Assembly: GCA_036985875.1 (NCBI GenBank)
Contig: BTQM01000001.1
Location: 1 to 41,583, forward strand
Direction of reading: 5' to 3'
Length of the DNA stretch: 41,583 nt
Origin: Patescibacteria group bacterium
Lineage (GTDB): Bacteria > Patescibacteriota > Minisyncoccia > Phycocordibacterales > UBA1539
Shown: piece by piece, positions 41,254 to 41,583 of the stretch
How the letters are laid out: each line of letters starts with the position of its first letter
How positions within the stretch are numbered: the stretch's first letter is position 1
Program-made: the position numbers and the translations under genes
Notes under the pieces: generated by a model
The model's input: only the letters and a program-made list of their open reading frames with translations
What the model was told of the DNA's origin: nothing
The model's database searches: none

Positions 41254-41583
41254 CTACAACAAGCTCTCCGGATCTACCTCCACGGTAAATGATGGCGGGA
41301 GAGATCGCAGTATCCGCAACAGATTCTCATCTATCCATTTATCTCTCTCAAGTGCCAGCAAGGCGTTTATTTTGTATGTACCGGTCTTCTCCGCGAGGGA
41401 AGGGTATACACGCGGACTCCACTCGGCAAGCAAGTCAGAGAGCTTCGCCATCTCTTTTTCCGCGACGAGCTTTTCCCCTTGATACGTTATTTTTATGAAT
41501 ATCTTGAACGGCGGATAGCCGAACTCTTTTCTCTCCCTCATTTCATCCCTGTAAAAATCCAGCAAATTCCCTTTCATCGCATA
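41254..41583 (-). CDS. priA: primosomal protein N' (PriA helicase), C-terminal fragment; the gene continues beyond the window edge
   Basis: ERKEFGYPPF motif and the terminal domain pattern. The ORF is open to the end of the window. Confidence 0.7.
   Translation of the reverse strand, partial: YAMKGNLLDFYRDEMRERKEFGYPPFKIFIKITYQGEKLVAEKEMAKLSDLLAEWSPRVYPSLAEKTGTYKINALLALERDKWIDENLLRILRSLPPSFTVEVDPESLL

Noticed and set aside
1-41583. Alternative genetic code (TGA recoding), as seen in some CPR lineages.
   Set aside because: TGA ends conserved proteins at their expected C-termini, for example gap at 1131-1133, the transketolase N subunit at 3684-3686 and mdh at 34148-34150. The conserved genes I translated contain no internal TGA.

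Overview
This 41.6 kb window is densely coded bacterial chromosome using the standard genetic code; TGA ends several conserved proteins. I support about 50 protein genes, one tRNA-Asn(GUU), several sub-60-aa ORFs absent from the ORF track, many rho-independent terminators and several long perfect palindromes. I saw no rRNA, CRISPR array, transposase or integrase. Gene content suggests a small-genome uncultivated bacterium, possibly CPR/Patescibacteria-like, but this is inference only. The supporting features are a split transketolase, a gap-rpiB-rpe-tkt block, a GspG-like pilin, a membrane-anchored PaaX/Cas2-fold protein and sparse metabolism. All family calls come from motifs read in the translations; no database search was possible. 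Core genes: gap, rpiB, rpe, tkt N and C subunits, engB, gmk, pyrE, pyrF, rarA, mdh, hpf, cyclophilin, def, fmt, a CDP-alcohol phosphatidyltransferase and the priA 3' end. Accessory content: a Kv-like K+ channel with a zinc-ribbon tail, a ZIP transporter, a MacAB-type efflux set, and an SBP plus Cache/PAS sensor with no output domain. It also includes a GT2 synthase plus CE4 deacetylase operon, an ArsR-MerA pair, and a GH130/cupin-PMI/HAD-IIB mannoside cluster. The findings I rate highest are listed here. (1) An AbrB/SpoVT-fold mini-gene plus an EEP-superfamily nuclease/phosphatase, sitting behind three phased CGTAATTACG palindromes. (2) Two paralogous promoter-plus-leaderless-sORF modules (MAKRS.G / MVKRSKG), one of them ATGA-coupled to the HAD gene. 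(3) A family of 38-40 bp perfect palindromes with a TTGTAC-N4-GTACAA core, two of which bracket the PaaX/Cas2-fold gene as a 24-nt direct repeat. (4) A recurrent TGnTAnnnT -10 box only 5-9 nt from start codons, implying widespread leaderless mRNAs. (5) A membrane protein carrying about 22 consecutive [G/S]-L-x-F tetrads.
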